A DNA stretch of 64,000 nucleotides, from positions 6,076,001-6,140,000 of the forward strand of contig CM022675.1 in assembly GCA_012295275.1 (NCBI GenBank), given 5' to 3'. This stretch comes from Chrysomallon squamiferum (Eukaryota; Animalia; Mollusca). Position numbers and translations under genes: made by a program. The notes under the pieces were generated by a model. The model searched no databases. It saw only the letters and a list, made by a program, of their open reading frames with translations, and was not told the origin of the DNA. This document shows positions 13,102 to 26,237 of the stretch, in pieces; the stretch's first letter is position 1, and each line of letters begins with the position of its first letter.

Positions 13102-13218
13102 ATCATGCAAAACCACGATCAATGGCTGAACAAAATCTTAATTTCACCAGAGTTCAGAATTACCATAATCTATCTCATAACAGGAATGTTGTGATAGGAA
13201 ATCAAACTGTGAACACTA
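13102..13218 (+). CDS. Copy 2 exon B2: RHIM/cRHIM-like motif exon
   Basis: 117 bp, phase 1-1; EQNLNFTRVQNYHNLSHNRNVVIGNQTVNT. Confidence 0.8.
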
Positions 13219-13708
13219 GTAAGTTAAAAACTGAATTTTTATTTTCTTTGTATGTTTGGTAGGTAAGAGCACTACAAAGTTCAGTAATCATTAATACTTT
13301 TACATTAGACACAGTGACCTGAACAACACACAGAAAGACATATAGAAGTTTATAATTTATGAGGTGTACTGTGTGCTCACACATTTTCATAGAAACTAAA
13401 CAGTTATTATATAGATTATAAACTGAATCCAGGATATAAACATATGAATAAATAATTACATACATAAATGCATACATATATTTTTCACAGCCAGATCAGT
13501 AAATATATAACACTACTTTCAAGAAACAACAATAGTGGCAGTAGTTTCATAATAGTAGTAGTAATTATAGTAAAATCTCTCAAAAAGGTACAATAATAAT
13601 ATTAAAACTTTGCTGTTTTATGACAAAAATCAATAGTAATTCTACAGATCACTTTCTTAATAATTCTTTCCTTATTAGCAACAGAAACTTATTTTTACAT
13701 TGTTTCAG

Positions 13709-13741
13709 CAAAGATTGACGGAAGAACATCCAATATTAAAG
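13709..13741 (+). CDS. Copy 2 micro-exon C (33 bp)
   Basis: gtttcag|CAAAGATTGACGGAAGAACATCCAATATTAAAG|gtaatt; KIDGRTSNIK; conserved at 29694 and 52358. Confidence 0.75.
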
Positions 13742-13952
13742 GTAATTTCTTTTTCTTTACTTCTATACTTTTGATAAACCTGCATTAATAACAAGATAAT
13801 CATCTAGTTGTTTTTAATCTGATCATTAATGTTTTCGTAAATTCTGATGAATGATTCTAAGAAATGTTTATAATAATTTTGTTTACATAGTAAAAACAAT
13901 TATATAACATTTTATAATAAATTTTAATATTTGTTAACTTATTGCGATACAG

Positions 13953-15800
13953 AGTCTACAAAGTCAGTTTTGAACTCAGTTCAGTGGAGTCTCTATGTTC
14001 AAACAAGAGCAGAAGAAATAGGTGTTGCAGTTTTGAAGAACAATGGTGTTGTGATTATAATAGGATGTCCAGGTTCAGGAAAGACAACTCTAGCTTTGAG
14101 CATGATGAAACAGATAGAAAATGAAGAGACAAGAGAACCTTACTTGCTGACTCATCACTCTGAATTCAATGATATCCCTGTATCTACAGATATAAAATGT
14201 GTTGTAGTTGTTGATGACATATTTGGTAAGACTAATCTCAGTTCACATTTTATGTCAGCTTGGCAACTGAAATATTTAAAGATGTGGAGTCTTGTTCTGG
14301 ATGGTTCTGTGAAATTGATTATTACCTTACGAAATCAAATATTTGCAGAATGTAAAACAAGTTTGAAGGACTCTGATCTGTTTAATGAGAATCATCTCCT
14401 TAACCTGCAGAGTGATGACTGTTGTCTGAATTATGATGAAAAGTATAGAATTCTAAACAAATATCTCAAACAAAAAGATGTTACAATGCACGAAGAGGAC
14501 AAAGAAACTGTCATTGAGGAATCATGTACAGAGCTAGGGTTTCCTCAGGTATGTGTGTATTATGTTAATTCAAGTGAGGCACGAAAAAGAGGAGTTGAGT
14601 TTTTTAAGAAACCTGTGGAGTATCTCAAATAAGAACTTGAAAATATGTAAAGTGACAAATCCTTACAGACCAATTACAAAACACACTAGTCTCACACATA
14701 TACAGACAGTAACTGATGTAATGTCTGGTACCTATTTGAAATGTTATGACCATAGATACATATTTATTCACCAGTCAGTGTTTGACAGTTTGTTTCTGAT
14801 GTATCTGTGTAAAACAGAAAATATGTATCAGAAAATCAACTTTTGGATATTTCTTGTTTATTTGGTGATGAAGATGTAGTGAGTGTTTTTTTTTTCTAAA
14901 ATCAGTTGTTATTCCAACTGTTGACACACTAAGTTTAGCTGCATGTTCCAAAACAGATAATTTTATCATACCAAATAAACTGTTGTGATATAAAAAGATG
15001 AATTTGAGTAAGTATTCCTCGTTGTTAAATCTTTCAATCTATTCATGTAACATGAATGTTGCCTTTTTTTGGCTGACATTATAAATATTGATTTGTATTT
15101 ACTGGAACATGGAGCTGATCCTAATATGGCAAACAGTGTAACAATTCTGTTTTACATCTAGCGGCTAAACATGGAAATATAAAAATTGTGACAGCACTGA
15201 TTGAAAAAGGTGTTGATGTTAACATTGTAAACAACAAAGGCAAAACTCCTCTTCAGACAGCTCTAAATTGTTATGAGCGGTATTCATATAAACATTGTCA
15301 AGTAGTTTTATATTTACTGAAACATGGAGCTGACCTTAATTTAAGAGACAGTGATAACAATTCTGTTTTACTCATGGCAGCGAAACGTGGTAATTAATAA
15401 AGGTATAGATGTAAATATTATAAACAATTGAAGTGAATCCCCTCTTATTATAGTTGTGATGTACAAAGACGACCAAGTAGTATTGCATTTACTGGAACAC
15501 AGAAATTGTGGTATTCAACAGACAGTGATAACAATTGTCTTTTATAGAAAGCAGCAAAATGTGGAAATGTAGAATTCTGAAAGCACTGATTGAAAAAGGT
15601 GTTGATGTAAATATTAAAAACATTGAAGGTGAAACTTTTCTACTTACAGCTGAGAACGTTAAACGGAACAAAGTAGTTTTTTTTTTAAATTTTATAGAAC
15701 ATAGAGCTGATCCTAATATAACACAAATATTAGGAAAATAGAGAAATTGTGAGAGCAGTGATTGATAAATGTGCTGATATAAATCTTAAAAGCGGTCGTA
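13953..15800 (+). pseudogene. Copy 2 main exon: STAND NTPase with nonsense codon, deletions and ankyrin remnants
   Basis: GCPGSGKTT and VVVVDDIFG intact; TAA at 14630-14632; then deleted/frameshifted linker and ankyrin fragments (15090-15800), ending at the LTR element. Confidence 0.9.
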
Positions 15801-15803
15801 GTG

Positions 15804-16695
15804 TGTGACGGAACCTCATAAGTGCCTTTTTGCCACACTTGCTTTTAATTGTAATTTGGTTTTCTTTCTAGTGTATTATAGAATATTCACAAAATCTTTA
15901 TTTTTATATGTCCAGGTAAAGAAGAATGTCTGCCAACTGTTATCTTAAATATTTTATTATATTACGGTAATATTTATTTAGCTATCTTGTATGATCATGT
16001 TTATAATTATATTTTTAGAGTCGTTAACTGTTTACCTAATTAATGAATTAAAAGGGGGTATATACATAATGACTAAATAGCAGAGCGTATGAAGACGTGC
16101 ATAGGCAATTTAGAAACTGTATTATATAATTAGGGGAAGTTCCGTTATTTAATAAACTAAGAAAAACTGGGGTTTAACAAACTCATAATTGGCATTAAAC
16201 GCTGCAAAGTAGATTCAGAAAGGCTGTGTGCAGAGTTGTAGATTGAAAACCGAGCGATGGGTGTGAAAGTAGCGGCACGCTTTTTGAACGAGATCTCTTT
16301 GTCCAGTGCCCTTCTTCAAAGTCTTTGTCTGTGCGCGCCGTCTGCACAAGACAATGGTGAATTTGTTTTAATGTTTTGAATATGTAACATCTATATTGAA
16401 TGATTTAAGACAGCTAAATCTATTACTGTTGAATTTCTACGGTGTTATTCTGTGGTACGTACTTGCATTTATAATAAAAGGTTAACCTATTCTAAAATAC
16501 TTATATATATAAATAAAACAATTATGCATACTGAATTCGTGTCTGTGTTATTGTTCTCTAGTGGATACTGAACAGTCATTTAGTTGTTTAAGCTGCCTCA
16601 GATAACTGACATCTTGTCACGTGACGCTATTAAAATCTGCTACCCTTTAGACGGGACGAGCCCAATTTTAGGTAGTAATACCACTCACCGTGACA
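15804..16695 (+). mobile_element. 5' LTR (~890 bp) of a Gypsy element
   Basis: Starts TGTGACGG, ends CCGTGACA (imperfect terminal inverted repeat), internal AATAAA; followed by PBS and gag. No second LTR to confirm the boundaries. Confidence 0.7.
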
Positions 16696-16714
16696 GGACT
16701 AAGTAAAATAAAAT

Positions 16715-16734
16715 TGGGGTTCTTGTCCGGGATT
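16715..16734 (+). mobile_element. Primer-binding site, tRNA-Pro-like
   Basis: TGGGGTTCTTGTCCGGGATT is a near match to the tRNA-Pro PBS TGGGGGCTCGTCCGGGATT. Confidence 0.75.
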
Positions 16735-16855
16735 TTTGAAACGGGAAATAATGCGTAAATATAACACAGTAAATGAGGGCTTTAACAAAAAAAAAAAATT
16801 ACTGCAAATTACTAAGAGACAGTAAATATTTGTATCCACTAGAGAATAACAAATT

Positions 16856-19040
16856 ATGGGCAAAGGTTTGTTGGATCAAGTTACCATCGCACAAATTAAG
16901 TATTGCAAGCGGGTAGAATTAGTAGTGTTAGCAGAAGAAAGGAATCTTTCAATTGAGGAGTCTGAAACAATAGTGGAGATCAGAGATATGATAATAGACA
17001 AATTATTTGAAGATCTTATTGAACAGAGTGAAATGGAAGGTGAGAAAGAGATAGAAAGTGGAGATGATGAAATTAGGGAAGAAGGTTCACGAGCTGGACT
17101 GTATTAGAGAGTGCTAGTTTGACTGTGAATCAGAAAATAGAATTAAAGAAATTAGATTGGAAGAAAAACGAATGCAGATGGAAGAAAAACGGTTAGACAA
17201 AGAGATGGAACAGAGACAGTTAGAGAGTTGGAAGTGACTAAACTTAGAATGGTTCATGAACATAGAATGGAATATCGCGAAAATAGCTTAAACAGTGACG
17301 CAGGCGCAAGTAGTTTCAAAATTACTGAAGCATATCACTACTGGTAACCGTTTGAAGAAGATAAGGTAGACAGATTCTTTCAGTCATTTGAAAGGATGGC
17401 GCGGCAGTTAGACTGGCCTGAAGACAAATGGTCATTACTAGTGCAAGATAGATTAACAGGGAAGGCCAATGACGCATGTAATTCGTTAGTTGAACAGAAT
17501 GCTAAGGATTGTCATAGATTAAAATAGGCACTGTAAAGAGTATACCAGCTAACCAATGTAGCAGTTTAGACATTTAAAAAAATCCGAATCCGAAACTTAT
17601 TGTGACTTTCAAGACAAAAAGGCAGGTTTATTTCATATTTTCTTAAGATTCCAGAATGTCAATGGTAAGTTTGAAACGTTAAGAGAATTAATGATGTTAA
17701 AAGAATTCAAACGATCGTTACCTTTGCCTATGCTAGTTCATTTAGAGGACTAAAATATCTATAATACTTGGCAGTCAACTGGTAATCGACTTTCTACAGA
17801 TAGGAATATTCGGACAAATGGTTCAGATTTTAAACATAAGTTGAGTCCTGGGTCAGTTGATAAGAGATGGACCAGCCAGGCTGAGTCTCAACAATCTACT
17901 GGTGCTAGCCATTCTAAGTTATTTACTGGGACTAAATCTTTTATGTCCTAGATGCAGTTATTGTCACATGACTAATCATTTAATTGCGAATTGTTTTAAG
18001 GGGAAAAGAGATAATGATAAAGTTGTTGGACTTGTTCAGAGGAATAGGAATTTGGAGACAGTTAGGTTCCTAGATATGCCAAGTAGGAATAAAGTTGACA
18101 GCTATGTGTTTACTAGCGAGATTTGCAATGTGTTGCAAACAGATATTCCTAAGTCATTATGAATTTTCAGAGATACCGGGGTATATCACAGTTTAATACT
18201 GGAAAATGCCCTAAATAAAATATCTTATACACAGACAGGAAGATGTGTAAGTATTAGAGCTGTACGTGGATCGTGTATGAACATTCCATTAGTCGAGGTG
18301 ATTCAGCGATAGAAATTTGTGACAGGTAATGTAGTGTTAGGAGTTATAGGTCAGTTACCATGTGTGAAGGTTGATTTGTTACTTGGAAATGACTTAACAG
18401 ACAGATGTTGTCAGAAAGGTTGTGATATTTTAGAAGTAGCAGAGTCGCCTGCTGTAGCTGAACCAGAAGTAGATACATTATTGTATCCGGCTTGCGCTAC
18501 TACCAGATCCATATCGGCTAAAGCTAAATTGCCAGATGTAGAAGTTTTAGATTTGTCAGAAACGTTTATAAGTCATTCAGCAGAGAGCGAAGCAGCAAAG
18601 AGTAATGCTAGCATATCGGCTGATACGTCGGGACCACGTGATCAATAGTAATAAGCAATAAGGAACCACCAGTAATGTGTGATATTTCGCCTGTGCCTAG
18701 GGACAAAAGAAAGTCTCTGCCGAGATTCAAATAAAGAATTCTCCCCTTTTGAACTAGTGCATGGACCCAAACCAAAGGGGCTTCTTAAGTTAATTAAGGG
18801 CAGCTGCTTACAGGAAAACAGTTCAGGAAATTTACTAAACCAAGTTTCAAGAATTAAAGAAAAACTTTGTCAAAAATTAGCGAAAATGCATCTTAACGTT
18901 GCGCAAACAAAAATCAAAACCCATTTTGATAAGAAAGCTAAGTTTAGGGAATTTAACCAGGGGGATAAAGTAATGTTATACTTACCATTACAAAAAGCTT
19001 CTTTACAATGTAAATATTTCGGACCATATGTAATTAACAA
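16856..19040 (+). mobile_element. Degenerate Gmr1-like Ty3/Gypsy internal region: gag, zinc knuckle, protease, integrase C-terminus
   Basis: gag PFEEDKVDRFFQSFERMARQLDWPEDKW; CSYCHMTNHLIANC (CCHC); protease FRDTG (~18166) and DLLLGND; integrase tail FSPFELVHG..GDKV..GPY. No RT or 3' LTR; many stops. Confidence 0.85.
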
Positions 19041-19289
19041 ACAAACAAACAAGGAAACAAACAAATAACAAAGGATTGAACTATTCATAAAAAGAACTTC
19101 ACACTTGTCGTCATACAACTTCGAATTGTAAAGACGTCGACTTCAAGATAACTGTATAATTATTAGAATCAATAAAATTAAAACGTTTATTTAGCCTTAT
19201 GTTATTTATTAAACTATTTGTGATCTTTATGCGAATGCCAGTAAACAAACAAATAAATAATTATCACACATAAACAATGTAATCGGGAG

Positions 19290-19447
19290 TAACCGGGTAC
19301 AAAGTACACAAAATAATAATCTCGAGGATTCACGCGACTTTGAATCACGCGATTAAAATGGCGGCTTGTTTTCAGGCGGCTGTCATTGCGCAAACTAAAA
19401 TGAAAAGATTACAAGGAATTTGTTAGTTAATTACTTCTATTTTGAAG
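19290..19447 (+). promoter_or_regulatory. Promoter/exon-1 paralog (also 20995-21153, 42190-42347, 43900-44057)
   Basis: YY1-type AAAATGGCGG at 19355, 21061, 42255, 43965; donors GAAG|gtgagt or |gtaagg; GC box GGGGCGTGGC about 100 bp into the intron. Confidence 0.6.
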
Positions 19448-20639
19448 GTGAGTGTATATTTAATTTATTTCTTCATATTCAGTTTCATTTTTTAATAATA
19501 TGCCACTGTATTTACATGCAATATTAATTATAGCTCATGAGCCATGATGGGGGCGTGGCAGAAATATTTTACACAAAACTATTACACACCATTAATGTAT
19601 TTAAAATATAAAAGTTAAATATCTACTTAATTATTACTTCTAACTGTTTACGTGTATCGTGGGATTAACAGACAAATATAAAAAATCGAAACGATGTTTG
19701 TTAATTACCATGAAAAGTGACTGAGCTGTGAGATTTTTAGTACTGGACGTCTGGGACCGTATGGGAACCCGTAGAAAATAATGAATTTCGAAATAAGTTA
19801 CCCGTCTCTTAGAAATATCAGTTACATAGACATTTTTATCACTAGATGGGCGATACTATTATTATTATAACTTAGAAGAAAGGATTGTCATGTTGTTCAT
19901 TATTTTCTAAACATAAAAAACTTACAAATTATTAATTGCTAACAAAGATAAAAAAAAGTCAAGATATTACTTGTCAAATGCTCAGATATTTTAGTACTAT
20001 TCATTTTGAAATATTTCTTTTCCATTGTTTCTTTCTTTGTTGTGTTGTTGTTGTTGTGGTGTTCTTCTTCTTCTTCTTCTTCTTCATTTAAATCAATTAA
20101 CAACAATGTTTGTATATATACATACATATATATATATATTTGTGTGTATATGGATGTGTGTGTGTATATGTGAAGATATATCTGTGTTTTCTCAAGGTAT
20201 TTTCAGTTTTACTAAACATATAATAATGCACCAAATTCTGCATCGAAAACAATATTGTGGTTGAAATTCCCTTGACATTTGAAATTTCAGTGTTGATATT
20301 GTCTTTTGTTTTAGAAAGATTACTCTGTCAGTTTTAACTGGCCTCCTTGTGGGATAATCTTGAGACAAGAAAAAACACAACTTTATGGAAAATGTTCTTC
20401 TTTTATACAGTATTTCTAGCTTTTCTATATAGTGTGAAGTTCCATGTGTATCGAAATAATGATTCGAAGATAATGGCCGTTTATCCTAATTACTAAAGAT
20501 TCATAAAGGTATGGTTACAAAATGTCCTCCCCAAAAGAAGTTTTCTAGTATTTTTTATGTGGTTCTTTAGAAGAAAGATGAATACTTAGTTAATTGATGA
20601 TTTTGTGCACAAATCCTAAAACCAATAAAAAATTACCTA

Positions 20640-20945
20640 CTATATGAAATATTGAAATTGTGACAACAGTTATTGAAAAAGGTGTTGTTGTAAATATTAA
20701 AAACAATGCAGGTAAAATTTCTCTTCTGATAGGTTATCACTACAAACACAACAACGTAGCTTCGTTTTTACTGGAGCATGGAGCTGATCCTCATTTAGCA
20801 GACAGATATAACACTTCTGTTTTACACGTAGTATTTTAACGTGGAAATATTGAAATTGTAACAGCACTGACTGAAAAAGGCAGTGATGTAAATATCAAAA
20901 GTAACAGAGGTTAAACTCCTCTTCATAGAGCTTTAAATTATGGCC
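20640..20945 (+). pseudogene. Orphan ankyrin fragment (paralog 43545-43850; second relic 23150-23280 / 46175-46285)
   Basis: EIVTTVIEKGVVVNIKNNAGK..LLEHGADPHLADRYNTSVLH with stops; lies between promoter copies. Confidence 0.8.
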
Positions 20946-22479
20946 AGTAAACAAATAAATAAATAATTATCACACATAAACAATGTAATCGGGAGTAACC
21001 GGGTACAAAGTACACAAAATAATAATCTCGAGGATTCACGCGACTTTGAATCACGCGATTAAAATGGCGGTTTGTTTTCAGGCGGTTGTCATTGCTCAAA
21101 CTAAAATGAAAATATTACAAGGAATCTGTTAGTTAATTTCTTCTATTTTGAAGGTAAGGGTATATTTAATTGATTTCTTCATATTCAGTTTCATTTTTTA
21201 ATAATATGTTAGTGTATTTACATGCAATATTAACTATATCTCATGAGCCATGATGGGGGCGTGGCAGAAATATTTTACACAAACATATTACACACCATTA
21301 ATGTATTTAAAATATAAAAGTCTATATATCTACTTAATTATTACTTCTAACTGTTTTCGTGTATCGTGTGATTAACAGATAAATATAAAAAATCGAAACG
21401 ATGTTTTTTAATTACAATGAAACGTGACTGAGCTGTGAGATGTTTAGTAATGTCAAAAGCTGAATTTCTCAGAATCATTGATTCGGAAAATTGCTTTTTA
21501 AGTCACCCCTTATGTTTAATTCTGAAGATCATAGCAACCATGTATTTTTAGTCGCTTTATGTCCTAAAACTTTGAAAAAAGTTTGGTTAGAGTTTCAGCA
21601 AGAATGAATTAGTATTTATCAGTGTTCTCACCTCATGTGTTAACATTTGTCTGAGTTTAAAGAAAAGTGACTAAACTGCCATTTTTGACATCAGTGAATT
21701 AAATCGCGATTGATTTATTTATTATTATTTTTTTTTTTTAATTATTATTATTACTACTTTTTTACATTGTAGTTTCCCATAATATATTCGAAATTCTGCA
21801 TTTTTAAAGTATTTAGTCATGATATTGATTAATACCTTATAAGGTATTAAAATGACACAGGTTTACGTTTAAAACAAAAAATGAAATAGGTGTAAAGATC
21901 TTTAAACAGCACATCATAACTTTCTTGACACATATAAGTTAATTTTTCACACTTATGTGTTAAAAGGACTTCAAGCATATGATATTTAACCATAATCCTC
22001 TACAAAATACGATTTCGGCTAATCCGTGGAGCGCACTCCAGAATGGTGTAGCAGGTACTTATTATTGTAGTCTGGGATCGTATGTGAACCCGTGGAAAAT
22101 AATGAATTAAGAAATAAGTTACCCGTCTCTTCTAAATATCAGTTACGTAGACATTTGTATCACTAGGTGGGCGATACTCGAAATGGTTTTCATTTACCAC
22201 CTCTGATCAGCCAATCATAAAGTGCCCACCTTTCAAAGGAGAAAGATTATTATTATTGATACTATTATTATTATTATTATTGTTGTTGTTGTTATTATTA
22301 TTACTTAGAAAAAAAAATGCTCAGATATTTCAGTACTATTCATTTTGAAATAATTCTTCTTCTTTGTTGCTTTCTATGTTGTGTTGTTGTTGTTGTCCTT
22401 CTTCCTCTTCTTCTTTATTTAAATCAATTAACAACGTTTGTTTATAAATAGTTGTGTGTGTGTGAGTGTGTGTATGTGG

Positions 22480-22529
<50 letters not shown>

Positions 22530-23328
22530 TTTCTCAAGGTAGTTTCAGTTTTACTACAAACATAATAATGTACCAAATTCTGCATCGAAAACAATATTGT
22601 GGTTGAAATTCCCTTGACATTTGAAATTTCAGTGTTGATATTATCTTTTGTTTTAGAAAGATTACTCTGTCATTTTTAACTGGCCTCCTTGTGGGATAAT
22701 CTTGAATTCAGAAAAAAATTATTTTGAAATAAAAAAACAAACAACAAAAAACACAACATCTTGGCACATTTTCTGCTTTTATACCGTCTATTTCTAGCTT
22801 TTCTATATAGTGTAAAGTTCCATGTGTACCGAAATAATGATTAGAAGATAACGGCTTACCCTGGTATTTCTAACCTTAGTGCAATAAAAGCAGGCTGTTT
22901 ATCCTAATTACTAAAGATTCATAGAGGTATGGTTACCAAATGTGCTTCCCAAAAGAAGTTTTCCAATATATTGTATGTGGTTATTTAGGAGAAAGATGAA
23001 TACTTAGTTAATTGGTGATTTCGTGCACAAATCCTAAATTTACCTATTACATGATTAGATGATTATCTTTTTATTGGCCCATGCAAGAAGAGCTTACTTT
23101 TAGTCAAACTTAGATATCTTGGGTGTTGATGTGTCAAGCTGAACAGATGGTCATAATATTTCTGTTTTATTTATGGCAGTTGGATATGGAAATACTGAAA
23201 CTGCGACAGCACTGATTGGAAAAGATGTTGATGTAAATATTAAAAACAATTAAGGTGAAACTGCTCTTCTTGCAGGTGTGATTTATTTCTTTTCAAAAGA
23301 AAAGAAACACAAAATAATAATAATAATA

Positions 23329-23373
<45 letters not shown>

Positions 23374-24359
23374 CAAGATAAAGAAAGATTTTAATTCAGT
23401 GTTTCCATTTCCTGAAGAGCATTAAACCATAATTTGAAACAGAAATGATCATTTTTTATATAATTCTACAAAACAAATATTCTGTGAAATAGTTTTTGAC
23501 ATAACCATTAAACAAATTTCCGCAAATATGTCATATTTTAATAATTACTATTAAGGAAATGCAGAATTAAATTTACATATTTGTAAGGGAAGAATGAAAA
23601 TGTTGACATAACTCCAGCTTTCTTAACTCCACTTTTGTTTTTCTTTTGTTTGTACTACCAGATCTTATCACAGAAGTCAGTTCTTTCATCACTCTTACTC
23701 AATTCATCACAGTCTGTTGGTTTTGGATAGGCTTTCATATCAGATTTAATTGGTTTTTTAATGTCATTGTCTGAATCCAGGGGGACTGTTAAACTGCTGC
23801 TTTCATTGGACTCTATCGTTCTGAAGCGACAATCAGTTTTTTTGCGTCAAAATGAATATTCTGACCATTTACTGAAACTTGTTTCTCTTGCAGCTTGTGA
23901 TGTAGCATAATTCAGCATCCGATCAAAAACCCTTGTATAAACCTCTAGTACCTGAGATACAAGCCATGTCACAGATATTAACAAACAATTAAGTGAAATG
24001 TTCTGAGAAAAGGAAAAAATCAAAATCCAATAGATAAAACCATGTTGAATCCTTTATAATTATTCCTTCACTTGTTTGTCTAGATCTATCTAGATAATAA
24101 GATGTTAAAAAAAAAGAGAAAATAAAAAAATAAATAAATAATGTACATTTAATATTATAATACTAGTACTTGAGAGACTGTGTACATGAACCAGACTGAT
24201 GACGTTATCGGAGAACTCATTAAAATCTGTCATCACTACAATTAACAATATAGAGGGAGAAATGATTGCTGAGTCACTTCTTCTGTCAAACAGTCGAAAT
24301 GTACACGATCAAATTCTAAAAATATAAAAGTGCTGTTGTTTGTTTATATTTCTCTTATC

Positions 24360-24545
24360 TAGGTCGTGTGCCACGCGATAGAAACGCGATGTGCATGCGT
24401 TTATTTATAGGTTTATTTAATCAGTTGTCAATGAACCAATGAGATCAACAGCTGGCGCATGACCTTCCCTTTTCTACCACGTGATCAAAATCGTTTCAGT
24501 TGTGAGCTTTAAAAGGTGTGCGTTCTAAGCAAATTAACAGGTTGA
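24360..24545. promoter_or_regulatory. Second CpG-containing promoter-like patch (paralog 47328-47510)
   Basis: CGCG motifs, CCAAT and CACGTG in otherwise CpG-poor DNA; target gene and orientation uncertain. Confidence 0.35.
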
Positions 24546-25199
24546 AAATATTAAAAATAATAAAAATAAATAGTAATTGAAAATAATATAAAATAAAAAT
24601 CAACAATAACAATACAAAAACCCCTAAAACAAATACATTTGTTTTCAGCCATAGACGCACAGAATAACGAAAATAATAATAATAAAATTTAAGATGTGTA
24701 ATACAAAATTAGATATGAAGACAAAGAAAGCTTTGCATTTAGTCTCAGTTTACATTAATCTATGCAATAAAATATATAGATATAGATATAATGTATATGT
24801 ATATTCAATACCAAAGTCATTGAGAAAAAACCCACAGTGTAAATGAACAGACACACACACATATACTGAGGAAGCCATCTACAATACTCAAAATATATAT
24901 ATGAAGACTAAAACGGCAACAAAATGCAGTTGAATAACACTACTATATAAAGAGTTTATTGCAGTCAAATCATATAGGAAACACATCAATATGATATCTC
25001 GCACACACAAACAAACACACGCACAGACACGGAAACATACACGTACAAATACACAAACTCAGAAATACACACAAACACATACACAGCCACAGAGATACTC
25101 GCACACACCAGAGATGACTGCGATAAACTGGAATCATTAACTCTACAGTTTATCTTTACTCTGATATGATAACTAAAATCACAACTTTAAAATACTGGG

Positions 25200-25874
25200 T
25201 CTAAAGGTAAACATGTCTACATCAATATGTAAAACAAGTAAAATACTTCAACAGCTAGCTATACATCAAGATGATGTACGTATGAAAAATACTAAAAATA
25301 TTATTGCATAAACATTTGGTGAAAATAAAAATGCAAAACAAGTATTCTTAAGTATTATAATAATCTCTCCATCGACTGTGTACATAATTTATTTGAAAAA
25401 CTTATACAGCCAATTTTATTGTATGGTTGTCGAATACGGGTTTTACATATATACAACTAATAGACTGATTCCATATGAAATTTTTATGTACCCCTGATTT
25501 TAGGATCTATGATGAACTAAGACTGTGTCGCCTTTGTATTTACATAAAAGCAAGAATGATAACCTTGGAGATGAATATCATTATATATTTGAAAGTAATG
25601 TTCCTATATTATTAAATGCAAAAAAAAATGTATACCAGATAAATATTTGCGACATCCAAATGTAAGTTCATATACTAATATGTTTAACAGTAAAAATATA
25701 TTTGTATTAAAAAAGCTATGTTTGTTAATAAGAACTATATGTGACAGAGTATGTCCTCCACGTTAACCTTTCATGCATGTACATTTTAAATTTGTTTCCA
25801 TGTGTCTGTAATACGTTCTTCTCTGTACTCTTATCCTACAGTTTATGACAATAAAACCATTGTCATTGTCATTG
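25200..25874 (+). mobile_element. 5'-truncated non-LTR (LINE) 3' fragment (paralog ~48165-48853)
   Basis: LFEKLIQPILLYGC.. RT C-terminus, then RLCRLC..DEYHYIF, stop, AATAAA and a (CATTGT)n tail. Confidence 0.75.
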
Positions 25875-26195
25875 CTAAGTTGTATATCTAAATAAGAAAT
25901 ATAGCTTTGACTGCAAAACAAAAGTTACCTAGCATTTGACCATTTTTGACAGTTTCACTGATGGTGCTAATACAAATTTAAAGGAAAAAGAAAAAAGTTT
26001 TGAAAAATAAATATATAATATTAAAAAAAGAAGAAGAAATAGTCATTAGGTTTCTTATTCGGTATTTGTGCAATAATACAGGTACTTTTAATTAAGCAGA
26101 TCTACTACTTAGAACATTTTAATTGAAATAACATAACAAATATGGTTAATGCAATGAAAACTGGAAGTGAAGCTTAATTAGCAAACATTCATAGA

Positions 26196-26237
<42 letters not shown>

